A stretch of DNA of 50,764 bases, counting the filler, from Jimgerdemannia flammicorona (Eukaryota), in the NCBI GenBank assembly GCA_003990765.1. It is 2 parts of 2 records of this genome, joined end to end, with 100 filler letters (N's around TTAATTAATTAA, not from the genome) between each part and the next. Parts side by side here need not be neighbours in the genome. Positions count along the whole stretch, not along the records: positions 25,438 to 50,764 come from RBNJ01000849.1; 1 more part is not named here. One strand, 5' to 3'. The position numbers and the translations under genes are program-made. Below, in pieces: positions 28,401 through 40,753 of this stretch (the stretch's first letter is position 1; every line of letters begins with the position of its first letter). The notes under the pieces were generated by a model that was not told where the DNA came from, did not search any database, and saw nothing but the letters and a program-made list of their open reading frames with translations.

Positions 28401-29386
28401 ACCACAGCTGCCAGCTTACTACAACCCCGCGACTCATAGTGCTGTAACCTATAGAAGGTACACAGATAGCGAATCTGATGAAAGCGAAGACAGTACACCC
28501 ATCCTTTGCCCACCAACACCTTATCCAGCATACGAAACAGATGATGCTATCCTGTGGGATGGAGATGAAGTCCCAATGTATTACTACCTCAGCCAACAAG
28601 GAGAAGTAATCCGCGAACCACTCTTCCTAGATGACTACTTCATCAGAGATGATGCAATCGATGGTGATGTCATCGAAGACTACCCAGATAGTGCCTAAAC
28701 CTATAAATAGTCTAGCAGTCATAGTATAGATAGATTAGCCTTGTACAACGTGACTGTGAACTGACTCAGCAGTCAGACGATCTCTTGATATGTCAGATCA
28801 CACTTATACTACGTAACTGCATTCCGACTCAGCAAGGCACTTAGTGCTACATCCATATTCAGCATAGTCCAGATAGCCCCTCACTAGTATAAATACCCCC
28901 TCCCCCAGACCTCAGAATCTCAGACTCGAATAGACTTGAACAATCCGAACACAACTCCTGAGCACTTCCCCACAATACCCCTTCACACAACTACTCCTAG
29001 TATAGCAATATCATGAATAGCAAATAAACCTATTCCATAACCCACAAACCACTCTTAAGTAAATCCACTCTCTGTTAGGTCCTACTCCTAACCCCATCAT
29101 GAAATTTCCTAATTGGGTATTGTCTGCAGCGATACGCCGATTCAACTAAGCTGGTCTTAGTTTCTTGAACTTCCTGAAATACGGAAAATCCTGAACATCC
29201 AGAACTAGTCCGAAAAAGAACTTTGGTTGAGACGTCAACCCGATCTCGAAATCAATAAGTGTAGAGGACGTACTCCATATGAAATTGATCTTGACCATAA
29301 GAAAACGGTCTTCCAGAATATCTAGAACCTCCAGAAAACCCTTCTAGAACTATGTAACGGTCACCCTAAAAAGTAACCCTCTTACA
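25438..29386 (+). mobile_element. Ty3/Gypsy chromovirus-like copy B2: integrase, chromodomain, PPT and 3' LTR (27313-29386)
   Basis: CHDAPTAGHLG...CNACQ (HHCC), ISMDFI...VSDRD...GQTERMNR (DDE), GPF, and EYEVEQIL...EYLVKWKGYPIHDATWEP (chromodomain). PPT AAGAAGGGGAGAG. LTR termini TGTAAG...CTTACA. Only a few stops. Confidence 0.92.
27601..28698 (+). CDS. Accessory ORF of unknown function inside the B2 LTR (365 codons, one in-frame TAA at 27769; 295 aa open from 27811)
   Basis: Long reading frame lying wholly between the LTR start and the LTR TATA-like TATAAATA (~28888). Shares motifs with the family A LTR ORF. Confidence 0.75.
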
Positions 29387-29708
29387 TGATACCTAAGGTC
29401 AGCCGACTCCCTATATAGTCCGAGACACACCAAGACAACACCTTATTGGCAACGGCAAAAGGAAGAAGGCACCACACCAAAACGAGTACACTCTAGATGC
29501 AGCTGAAGGCACCAGAATCCGCGAAAAAGTGGAGGAAGCACCGATCCAATACCAATAAAGGGGCAACTCATCACCATTGCCCTCCTCCCACCATGTCCCT
29601 GCAGGCACAGCAAACCAACCTGAGGTAGAGGGGGTAATAATAGGGGAAAGAGGACTCGGAAGGTCGCCTACCAAACCGTGTAACTGGTAAGGTAGCGGAG
29701 AAAGGAGT
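29387..29708 (+). repeat. Unclassified repeat X, copy 2 (interrupted on the left by B2)
   Basis: Near-identical to 34505-34825. Confidence 0.85.
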
Positions 29709-30309
29709 GAACATGATGACATCATTGATGATGTCATTCCATGCGACATATCTGAATCACGCAAAGTATGTGAAATATGCGACCTATATGACAAATTCAC
29801 GGATCTCATCTCCTTCAGTGATGATGATGATGAAGCCCCCATGATCCTGAACTTTCTGCTCTAAGTTCTTTATTATATTAGATAATGCCAGCACTGGTAT
29901 TCTTATATAACACTAAATAATGCTAGCACTGATATTCTGAGGTGATGCAAAATTGTTCCAGCACCGGTATTTTGATGTGATACTAAATAATGCCAGCTCT
30001 AGAACTTAGTAGTTTTAGTTATTGGAATTTATATTTAGCTTTATATCTTAGCAACCATTGAATTGTATTTTGTATAAATACCCCTCTTATTTCCTCTAAA
30101 ATAAAGTCAGTTCTGGTTTCACTTATACATACTTCCTTGCAAGCAATCTAAGAGATAACAAGATAGTTAAAGATAAGAAGTTTGAGGACTATAAGACCTT
30201 GGGAAGGCACTCTAATAAGAACTTGCTTATAACAACTTGAGTTAGTCTAAGAGATACACCTTGAAGAGAATCTGGTGTATTTGAAGGACTCAGTGACAAC
30301 TACGTGACA
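29709..30309 (+). repeat. Partial family A LTR (3' part)
   Basis: Matches ~41427-42075 and ends GTGACA. Confidence 0.85.
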
Positions 30310-31812
30310 ACATATAGATAAAACATCTGAGAGAGGAGGGGCCCTGAGTATAGTTTCCAAGTTGTCCAAACTGATTGTATTGGTCTGATCATCTCTACAA
30401 TAACAAGACAAATTTGCTACATAGTGTAGAGTAATCAGTTTAGCTCTAAAAGAGCTTATATTAGACATCTGTATGTATTGAAACCCAATATTTACAATGA
30501 TCCAGCACATGCTGGAGTTTGCTGTGGTATATATTCTTTTCTTCAGTCAGCTGAAGCAACTTGTTTTGGATGATTGAAGTTTTTTTTTTTTTTAAAAAAA
30601 AAAAAAAAACAAAACAAAAAAAGCCAATAAATTTAATGGTTGCTGCTGATAAGGAAATGTGGGGTAAGACTCTAGGTGAAAGTGAGTGAGATGTACTTAG
30701 GAATGTTGTTAGAGTTTTAGAAGCAAGTAGTGATTGCTCTGACCCTATACTCATTTTGTCTACCTCTATACAATATAATATCTCACTATATATAGCTACC
30801 AGTATTTCAACAATTATATGAAAAATATAGTCAAACAAATGATCTCAATAATAAGCTCTGCAATATCAGTATATATATAATCTTCTGATTGACTAGCTAG
30901 AGGACAAGCTTGAGGACAGGCTGGAGAGTTGTAGTGATTTATGGTTAAGCCCAGATCAGAGAGATATTATAGAGGTTGCTCTAAGCAAGCTCAGAAAATA
31001 CTACTCTAAAATAGATACTGGTATGTCAGCATATGGCCATTGCCTATTCCAAAACAGAGAAATCTATGCAAAAACTCACTCTCTTCCTCTAAACAGTGCT
31101 GGACCTATACTTAAAGCTATAATATCATAAATATCAGAGCTGGGAGCAGTACTTCATTGAGGGAACCAAGTAGGCTATAATTGAAACATACATATCAGAA
31201 AAACTATGTGCTGTTGCAAGGTTCTGGCCAAAGTCCAGATAAATATACCAAAGGGTCCCTCTTGTCCCACATTTACTTCAGCAGAAAGAGGAAGAGAGAG
31301 CCATCAGTGGAAGAGCTACTGTCAATAGATGAATCACCATTTATCTTACCAGCAACTATGTGATCCTACTGGAGAGTACAGAGATACTCAACTGGTAGAA
31401 GGTGAGTTGTCAGACAGACAGTTGGTTACATTAGACCAATTTAATCTACTAACCTAACTACTATTCTAACCACTGCTCTATCCACTAGAGTATGTAGCTG
31501 CAGCTATATCAAATGGACTTCCTCAGTCTATGTGGTATGGCTTGAGACTATTGGGCAATTTCTGCTACCAGTGCTTCTATTAAGTAGATATTCTCAGATA
31601 GGGTGGATCTCATTGCTCTTAAGAGATGTATACTGAATGTTGAGACAATCCAGGTATATATATATCTGAAATCTTGGTAGAACTTGAGTCACTAAAATTT
31701 GGTGAGTTTTGGAGTTCATAAATAAGTTAATTGACCTTGTGGATTATTTAATACTTTTTCAAAAATAAAAAGGAAAAAAAAACTTAAGACTCAGCTCAGA
31801 GTTTATAGCCTA
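30310..31812 (+). mobile_element. Decayed hAT-superfamily DNA transposon (intron-containing transposase remnant, C-terminal part)
   Basis: Remnants ALSKLRKYYSK and VLDLYLKL, plus dimerisation-domain-like AISATSASIK*IFSDRVDLIALKRCILNVETIQVYIYLKSW (~31555-31680). Possible TIR end ...ATAGCCTA. Confidence 0.75.
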
Positions 31813-31842
31813 AGTAGAGCAGTAATCAGTGGAGTTAGTAGT

Positions 31843-32325
31843 GGCAGAGGGAGCATGCAAAATTTGCAGTCCTCTACCAGCAGTAAGAGGCAGCCCTAAG
31901 CTATTAATACCTGGATTGGTAAGCAGGGTCAGTGGGCATGGGGTCAGCAGAGAGAGTATACAAAATTTGCCACTCTCTACTAGTAGCAAGGGACAGCTCC
32001 AAGCTGTAAGTATCTGGGAAAAAGGGGTTGACAGAGGGGCCAGGGTAGGCAGAGGGAGTATGCAAAATTTGTAGCCCTCTATCATTAGCATGGGGCACCC
32101 TCAAGCAGTCTGTGTTCAGACTAGAAGTCAGTGGGGTTGGTAGAGGGAGCATGCAAAATTTACAGCCCTCTGCCAGCAGCAAAGAGGCAACCCCAAGCTA
32201 CCAAGAAGTCTAAGTCTGTGTCAGAGAGTGCTTCTGGTGATTGGAGGGTACTTCTGGCAGTTGGAGGGTGCTTCTGACAGTCAGAGGGCATTTCTGACAA
32301 TCAGAGGATACTTCTGACAGTTGAA
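31843..32325. repeat. Four spaced ~36-bp palindromic units followed by about 5 copies of a 20-bp tandem repeat
   Basis: GGCAGAGGGAGCATGCAAAATTTGCAGCCCTCTGCC-like units at ~31843, 31946, 32048 and 32139. GAGGGTRCTTCTGRCAGTYR units at 32223-32323. Confidence 0.8.
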
Positions 32326-33361
32326 GTCCACCACAGATTTAGGCCCTATTGCTAGTTCAGGTTCCATGGACACCCTGGTCCTATACCACAGTGTCACACC
32401 AGCAGTACTACAGAGCAGGACCAAGGGGCCAGTAGGGTCTAGCATAATGACTAAACTAGTGCTACAGAAGAGGTACCCAGCTACCAGCCCAACCTCTTAC
32501 AAAAGACTACTCAGCCCCCTACAAAAGACTGCCCAACCCATACAAAATGACTACTAAACCCTTATGAAATATTGCCTAACCCTTACAAAAACTACTCCAC
32601 CTGCTGGTCTCAGGCCTTAATGAGTCTATTATCTATTGTGAGTATAATGACTATTGTATCCAAGCTCTCCTCAAAGGCAATAGTGCTATAGTAGGTAATT
32701 GGAATAGGATAGCCATGTTGGCCACAAATGGGACCCTGAAACCATAGGTGAGGTCATACCAGACTCTACTACTATTCTCTCAGGTTGGGCTCTTCTTTTT
32801 CAGAATGTAAAATATTACTGAGATGATGTTGTTATCTGTGTGTGTGGATAGAGAAATATCGTACTCAATGTATTCTGATGTGATATGAGTATATGGTTAA
32901 GTGAACCCTTAGCTCAGGACCTCATACTACTAGGCTGTGTTGGTGGATGCCTGCTCTTAATCCAGCTCTGGGAGCTCTGGCTTGAAAATCTATCAAAACA
33001 GATGATATCTAGTCAGTTCTTTTTGTGTATAAGAGAGCAGAAACCCCCCAGGCTGTAGCACTAAAAAAGTAGAGCTTCTCACCTTATATAGTATGCTAAA
33101 TTGTACCAAGAATATATATTGTAACAGTGACCCCAGAATGATGACATCAGCACCGGAGACAGCCTTTCCTTGCAAGCCACCAGATCGGAGCACAAGAAGA
33201 TCATACAGCATACAAGATAAGCAATGATGACCAACTGTGAGTCATTGTGACCACAGCACAAGCATCCTGAAGAATATAAAAGAAGGATCAAAGAACCGCA
33301 GTAGCAGCAACCAACAAGAACTACCAATCTCAAAATAGCTCAAAGACTTACCACAAATGAA

Positions 33362-34194
33362 ATGCCTGCTGCCCACCAAACCTCAAGGTCAAGGAATTAC
33401 CAAGGTATCTCAGTCAAGGAAAGAATGTTCCAAGACATCAGAAGAGCCATGAGGACCTGCTCAAGAAGAACTCCTAGTGTCAACCTGGGTACTGCAGACT
33501 CTTATCACTTCATTCTCTACTGCTGTAAAATGGAAACAAGGATCACTATTGCTACTGAATGCCTCCAAATATGGCAGGAGTACGAAATAGGAAACCTCCT
33601 CTGCTGGGAGTTCCTACAAGCCAGCACCCAAGAGCTACAAGATGCCACTCCCATGAATATACACGAAACAAGGACAGCTAAGAAGATCCATCAGATCTTC
33701 AGGCATGCACTATGGTCAATCCCCAACTTGGAGTATGTTAGAGTCTCAGACTTCAGAGACCTATCATCCCACTGTATCAATGCACTAGAAGCCAGGGTGG
33801 CTACAGAAGCCCAGTCCACTATCACACTCAACAGTGAAGAAGTAGAAGACTTCTGGCACCCTATCCTTCAGGACAATCCAGACCAATTCCTGTAAGGATT
33901 GATCTCAGTATTCCAAGGCCCAAGCATCCAGGTTAGACCTCCCCAAGATCCTACATTTGTTCTCTATTTTGTGAAAGAGAACCTCATAGACTAGAGAGCT
34001 CCAGATCTTGTTCCTGATTTTCCCACCACAGCTGAATGTGATGATATCATTGGTGATGATATCATTCCACGTGATATCGACATATGCGAGATATATAACA
34101 AAGTATGCGAAAATGACAAATTCATGGATCTCATCTCCTTCAGTGATAATGATGACAAGGATGAAGCTCCCATGGTCCTGAACTTTCTACTCTA
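33362..34194 (+). pseudogene. LTR accessory ORF, 5'-LTR copy of A3 (CAA>TAA at 33893)
   Basis: Near-identical to ORF 40754-41587. Confidence 0.8.
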
Positions 34195-34478
34195 AGTTCT
34201 GTGTTACACTGAATAATGCCAGCACCGGTATTCTCATGTAACACTGGATAATGCCAGTACCAGTATTCTGAGGTGATGTGAAATTGTTCCAGCACCGGCA
34301 TTTTGATGTGACACTAAATAATGCTAGTATCCTGAACCTGTACAACCATCAGTACCAACTCTGGAACTTAGTAGTTTTAGTTATTGGAATTTTATATTTA
34401 GCTTTATATTTTAGCAATTATTGAATTATATTTTGTATAAATACTCCTCTTATTTCCTCTGAAATAAAGTCAGTCAAG

Positions 34479-34825
34479 CTGCAGGTAACCTACACTGAGC
34501 ACTTGACGCCCAAGGTCGGCCGACTCCCTACGTAGCCTGAGACACACTGAGACGACACCTTGTTGGCGACAGCAAAAGGAAGAAGGCGCCGCACCAAAAC
34601 AGGTACACCCCAGACGCAGCTGAAGGCACCAGAATCCGCGAAAAAGTGGAGGAAGCACCGATCTGACACCAATAAAGGGGCAACTCATCACCATTGCCCT
34701 CCTCCCACCATGCCCCTGCAGGCACAGCAAACCAACCCGAGGTAGAGGGGGTAATAATAGGGGAAAGGGGACTCGGAAGGTCGCCTACCAAACCTTGTGA
34801 CCGGTAAGGTAGCGGAGAAAGGAGC
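34479..34825 (+). repeat. Unclassified repeat X, copy 3, replacing ~200 bp at the 3' end of the A3 5' LTR
   Basis: Absent from the 3' LTR. LTR sequence equivalent to 41871-42069 is missing here. Confidence 0.85.
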
Positions 34826-34953
34826 TGATGACAACTTGGTGCCTATTGACTGGTGATTCAAGATGAATCCCTCACTTTCAAGCTGAAAAATGAACAACCC
34901 CCACAACAACTACCCTGACTATAAGAGTCATCCCTGCAAGAATTCAAGATAAG

Positions 34954-37900
34954 ATGGAAATGTGTCCCTCCACATTCTATAGATATACTACTGAAGAGTC
35001 AATCCTGACCTTCATTGAAGACTTTGAACAATTCACCACTGTACGAGCCCTTGGTGTAGATGCTCAATTGGCTCTTCTATCAGTCAGTCTCAGAGGACTT
35101 GCCAGAGATAAGTTTAATGCAGCCACCATTGCTGGTGCTAATGCAGTCAAACTTACCAATATGAAGACCTTCCTCAGAACAACATATTATATTGGAGAGA
35201 TCAAGCAAGCTCTCAAGGATCAACTCAATACTATCTGCCAGGGACTCAGTGAAGATCCCAACTCATTCTATACCCGAATATGCCACCAGATTGTCTTGGC
35301 TGGCTATGATGATGCCCTCAAGGAACAAATAGCGAATTCAACCTTCCTCAAAGGAGTTCACCCTGAAATTGCCCTAGCAATCTGGTCTACCCCAGCTATA
35401 CTGACCCTTGATCAGAAAGTGGTCTTTGTACAGAGATATTGGACTGCCAGACACCCTGCCAAATTCTCAAAGGAGAAAATAACTGGCATCAAGATGGAGT
35501 CATCAAAGCCAACTAGTATCTTATCTGCCACAGTTGTAAACAGACAACCAACCCCGCCTACCCCCAAGATAGCCAAAGCTGATCCAGTGGAAGAACTTGC
35601 TAAGCAGTTCACCGAGATGACTACACACCTCGGTGATATTGTTAGAGAAGTCTGAAGTGCCAACAGGAGACCAGTGCAGAGATTTGCAGCTGCTACAGAA
35701 GAACACAATATCACATGCTTCAGATGTGGAGAAGAAGGCCACTATGCAAAGAGTTGCATGACCGAAATGAGACACAAAGCTCAACCAAGCAATGCTAGCA
35801 GAACTAGAGAACAAACTAATGCAGTAGTCATCGAGGAGATCAGTGACACTGATGACAAAGAATACAATGAAGAGCTCAAATTCTACTCTGCTACTGAAGG
35901 TACCAGAACCTGGTCCAAGCCCTATGACAAGAAGAGCAACAGCAAGCCAGTTGGAAGACCAAAGAAGACTCCAGCTATCACTATTCAAAGTAAGACCCAA
36001 CCTGAGGAGATTGATCAAGACATAGAGTTAGATGAAGCTGCCCACCAAATTATCAAAGGCACTACTCCATCTCAGGAGAAAGCGAGAGCAAGAAGGAATA
36101 GAAGCTGTGCAAGACCAAGATCCACCAGTATGACATCTACAAGGACCTTAAGGAACAGAAGGTCAATGCCACTTTTGGGTAGCTAGCTGAAGTCCCTGCC
36201 TTCAGACAGTAGTTGAGAGTAGGACTTGCAACTACCATCAAGAATCAAGAGTACAAGATCATAGAAGCTCACAATGTACAAGAAGAATCTGAGAACTCAG
36301 GTGAAAAATCTGAAGACCAGTGCAAGACATCAGCCTATACCCCCCTGCCAGATCGAAGACTGTATCTTTGATGCCATCATTGATACTAGTGCTGGAGGAT
36401 ACCTCATGAGCAAGAAGGCAATTGAGCGCCTAGGTTAGGATATTGAAGAGTCCACCAAGATGGTCTATGTCACAGCAGACAGTACATGAGCTACCCCTCT
36501 TGGCAAAATCCAAGAAGTCCTCATTAAGATAGGAGGAGCTACCATCCCAGTAGACGTGATTGTTATAAGCACCACCAACTATGACATTCTCATTGGCAAT
36601 CAATGGCTTCACAAGGCTAAGGCCATCATTGACCTCAATGCTCAGAAGATGCAGATCAACTACAGAGGAAGAAAGGTACAAGTTTCTATTAATGTCCATA
36701 AAGAAGTCCTATCAGATATGGAGGAAGGAGATGAAGAAGACACAGAGGTCTTCATGCACTCAGTGAACAAGAACAAGAACAAGAACAAGACACCCAAGCT
36801 CACAGATGAGCAGTGGTATAACAAGATCATCAATGGGTATGCCCCTCAAGGAAGATGCCCCCTACTAGAATGTACTGCTCCGAACACCTGAATGACTACT
36901 GGTCCTGTATCAGTGAAGTCAGGAAAATCTGCCAACAGAAATATAAGCAAGAAGCTGCTGAAGCAAAAAGGAAAGCTGAAGAAGATGACCAGCCCCCAGA
37001 GCTTCAAGCTGACAGTGATGATGAGGAGGAATAAGAATCAGACATCACCCTCAAGGTCAAGAAGTTTCACCTTGAAGCCAAGATCCCAGAATACAAGACT
37101 GAAGGAGCCATAGGAATGGACCTTACCAGCATCCAAGATGCTACCCTCGAACCACAGACCACCACCCTACTTGGCACTGGAATTGAAGTCAAGTTGCCAG
37201 AAAACTATACTGGAATTATCAAGACCAGAAGCAGTCTGGCCAAAAGCGAAATCTCAGTTGAAGGAGGAGTAATTGACTCTGATTACACTGGCGAGATTTT
37301 TCTCATAGTCAGAAATCACAACCACACCACCCCCTTCAAAGTCAAGAAGCATGACAGGATTGGCCAGATGCTGATCCATGAAATCAAGAAGCCCAAGATC
37401 ATAGAAGCCACTGAACTTATCAAAACCAAGAGAGGAGAACAAGGCTTTAGATCTACTGGAAGAGGAGCCTATGCCACCACCAAGATTACTGAACTTGAGC
37501 ACAGGAAAGACAAGGACCAGAACAAGCACACATATACCATTGGAGAAAACCTTCCCCTAGAGGAACAACTTCTCAAGATCCTGTATCAGAACAAAGGAGT
37601 ACTTGCTACAGACTTTAGGGATATCTACAATCAAGAACCCAAGTACTATCACAAAGTTGACACTGGTGATACCAAGCTTATCTATCAGAAAGCCAGACCC
37701 ATACCACCTGCCTACAGAGAGTGGCTGTGAGCTGAACTCAAGGAAATAGAAGAAGCCAGAATCATCAAGCAAGCTATCAGCCCCTGGGCCTCACCCATTG
37801 TCCTTACTCCAAAGAAAGGAAGCAAGCCTGGAGAGTTTGTACCAAGACTCTACATTGACTACAGGAAACTCAATGCCATCACCAAGAAGGATAGGCAGCC

Positions 37901-40156
37901 CTTGCCAAATATTCAAGAAATCCTTACTATCCTTGGAAGCAAAGCCAAATACTACACCACCTTGGATCTGTTCTCAGGCTTTCATCAGATCAGTCTCACT
38001 CAAGATGCTAGTGAGAAATCAGCCTTCATCACACCTGATGCCATCTATATCTATCTGTGAATGCCATTTGGAATGTGCAATGCCCCAGCAAGTTTCCAGC
38101 AAAAAATGAATAGAGTCTTCAGCAATGAGATTGAAAAATGGCTCTTTGTCTATGTTGATGATGTGATCATCTTCAGTAACACTGCATGGGAACATATCAA
38201 TCACATACAGCTAGCCCTCAAGAGGCTCAAGGAGTATGGCCTCTACATCATGCCCAAGAAATGCAAGTTTGTAGCTCAAGAAATCGCCTACCTAGGACAC
38301 TTCATCAACCAGACTGGAATCCATACAGACCCCATGAAGATCAAGGCTGTTGCAGCCTACCCAAGACCCAGAATAACTACAGAAGTCCATGCCTTCCTTA
38401 GACTGTCCAGCTACTATAGAAGATTCATCAAAGGATACTTCAACATTGCAGCACCTATCTACGAGCTACTGAAGAAGGAGACCAAATTCGAATAGACCAA
38501 GGAGCACCAAGAAACCTTCAATGAACTCAAGACCAGGTTGACCCAAGCACCCATCCTCAGAAGACCAGACTGGAACCTAGAATTCATCCTGCAGACAGAT
38601 GCGAGTGCTATAGAACTTGGAGCAGTCCTAGCTCAGAAGAAAGATGGACATGAATATGTCATCTCCTATGCAAGCTGAGATACCTGTAGAGTGGAACAGA
38701 ACTATGAGTCATGTAAGCTTGAATGCTTAGTGGTAGTTTGGGCAGTAGACAAGTTCCACTACTACCTAGCTGAAAAACACTTCACCATTCAAACAGACCA
38801 TTCTGCTCTTGCCTGGCTATTTCACACTCTGAACTCTAAAGGAATATATGCCAGATGGATCTATAGGCTGCAAGAGTATGACTATACTGTCAAGCACCAC
38901 TCAGGAAAGACCAACACTAATGCTGATGCACTCTCAAGGATACCCCGAAACACCCCCATCAAGACTACTCAATATGAATAAGGAGCTATACTATGGATTA
39001 ATCAGCTACCTTAGGCAGCAGAAGATGCCCAACCACCTCAAACCCTGGACAATCACCATCATCAACTGGACTTGAAAACAGTTTGAATTAGACAACACTA
39101 CACTCAGAAAAGGAAGAAAGCTAGTAATACCTGAATACAAGAAGTATCAAGTAATGAAGGAAGTATATGAGCAAGGATACTTAGGAGGAACCAACACATA
39201 TGACAAGGCAAGAAGAACCATGTGGTGGAAGAAGACCTGTACCAATTTGTCAAAGGGTGTGACAAGTGCCAAAAACAGAAATAAGATCAGCAAGACCAGA
39301 CACTCGGATCATTTAGAATTGAGCCTATCTCCTTCCACCACATCGCAATGGATATCATTGGACTACTACCAGTAACACTATCAGGAAACCACTATATTAT
39401 AGTTATTGTAGACCTCTTCACCAAATGGATAGAGGCAGGAGCATTACAAGAAGCCAATGCCCTCTCTATAGCTGACTTCCTATACCGAGAAATCATCTGC
39501 CGCTACAAGACACCAAAGCAAATCACAACAGACCATGGTACAGAATTTGTCAATGGATTCCACGAGATAATGTATCAGAAATACAAGATCCAGCACATCA
39601 AGATCACCACATACCACCCTCAAGGAAATGGACAGACAGAGAGAACCAACAAGACTCTCAAGAACATCCTAGCAAAGATCTCAGAGACATATGAGAATTG
39701 GGATAACTATCTCCCAACTGTCTCTGTTCTACAAGATATACCACACATTTTACCCCAAGAGAGCTGCTCTTCAGAGAAGAAGATTCTGATAGAACCTCAG
39801 CCACAAATCTAGACCTAACTTGGAGATGGATTGATGCAGAAATCCAGAGACTATACCAAATCAGGAAGAAGGCTGAAGATTATATCACTAAGTCACAAGT
39901 ACTGACAAGGAAGAATGCAGAAAAGAATCACAAGGCCCTAGAACCCATCCAAATCGGAGAAAAGGTTCTACTGTATCGAAATATAGTAGAAGCCTCATGG
40001 TTGTGAAAACTGGAGCCCAAATGGGAAGAACCCTTCTATGTGCAAGATATCAAGAGAACTACCTTCTGGCTTAGAAAAATCTCAGGGACCATACTGTCTA
40101 CTACAGTACATAGAAACAGACTTAAGAAGTACTATGAACCTATACAAGAGAAGTAA
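34954..40156 (+). pseudogene. gag-pol polyprotein of A3 (disrupted)
   Basis: ORF pieces at 34954, 35674, 36556, 37116, 38061, 38691 and 39348 carry gag, knuckle, PR, dUTPase, RT, RH and IN motifs in order. Confidence 0.9.
37050..37465 (+). CDS. dut: Trimeric dUTPase domain within pol
   Basis: All five motifs present: GAIGMDL, RSSLA, GVIDSDYTGEI, DRIGQM and RGEQGF(R/G)STG (A4 has FGSTG). Confidence 0.93.
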
Positions 40157-40753
40157 AATGTGATAACTGCCCATGAGGTTCTAGTCCGCGAATCATAACA
40201 GCATGTTCCATGACCAGCAGGCTATCTGTCTGGACCATTCTCTAAGGGATATGGCACTGGCAACTACTCATCCATGAGACTTTCGAAGTCAGAGGAGTTC
40301 GAACCGTCAACTGATTGGTCAAGATCAGAATCAGGCCCTTGCTCTATATGAAGGGAGCAACCCTTCACCATCATGCCAAAATACAAAGGAAAGATACCAG
40401 CCCATAAACACCAGTTTTCAACCCCTTGCCAGAGGTTATGGGATCAGCAAATTTTTCAAAACTGGACCAATAAATAAGGATGCTCAGGAAGATCCTTATT
40501 CAGGAGGAAGATGTAACAGTGACCCCAGAATGATAACATCAGCACCAGAGATAGCCTTTCCTTGTAAGTCACCAGATCAGAGCACAAGAAGATCATACAG
40601 CATATAAGATAAGTAATAATGACCAACTGTGAGTCATTGTGACCACAGTACAAGCATCCTGAAGAATATAAAAGAAGGATCAAGGAACCACAGTAGCAGC
40701 AACCAACAAGAACCACCAATTCCAAAATTGCTCAAAGACTTACCACAAACAAA

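Noticed and set aside
25208..29708. Repeat X copies 1 and 2 as long terminal inverted repeats of a single element
   Set aside because: They are separated by the gap and have non-matching outer flanks, so this cannot be supported.
31843..32180. CRISPR-like array of palindromic repeats with spacers
   Set aside because: Eukaryotic context, no cas genes, degenerate repeats, and ~60-bp spacers that partly resemble each other.
34820..34900. CTGATGA as a hammerhead ribozyme core at the repeat X junction
   Set aside because: It arises from the junction, is absent in the other X copies, and has no supporting stems.
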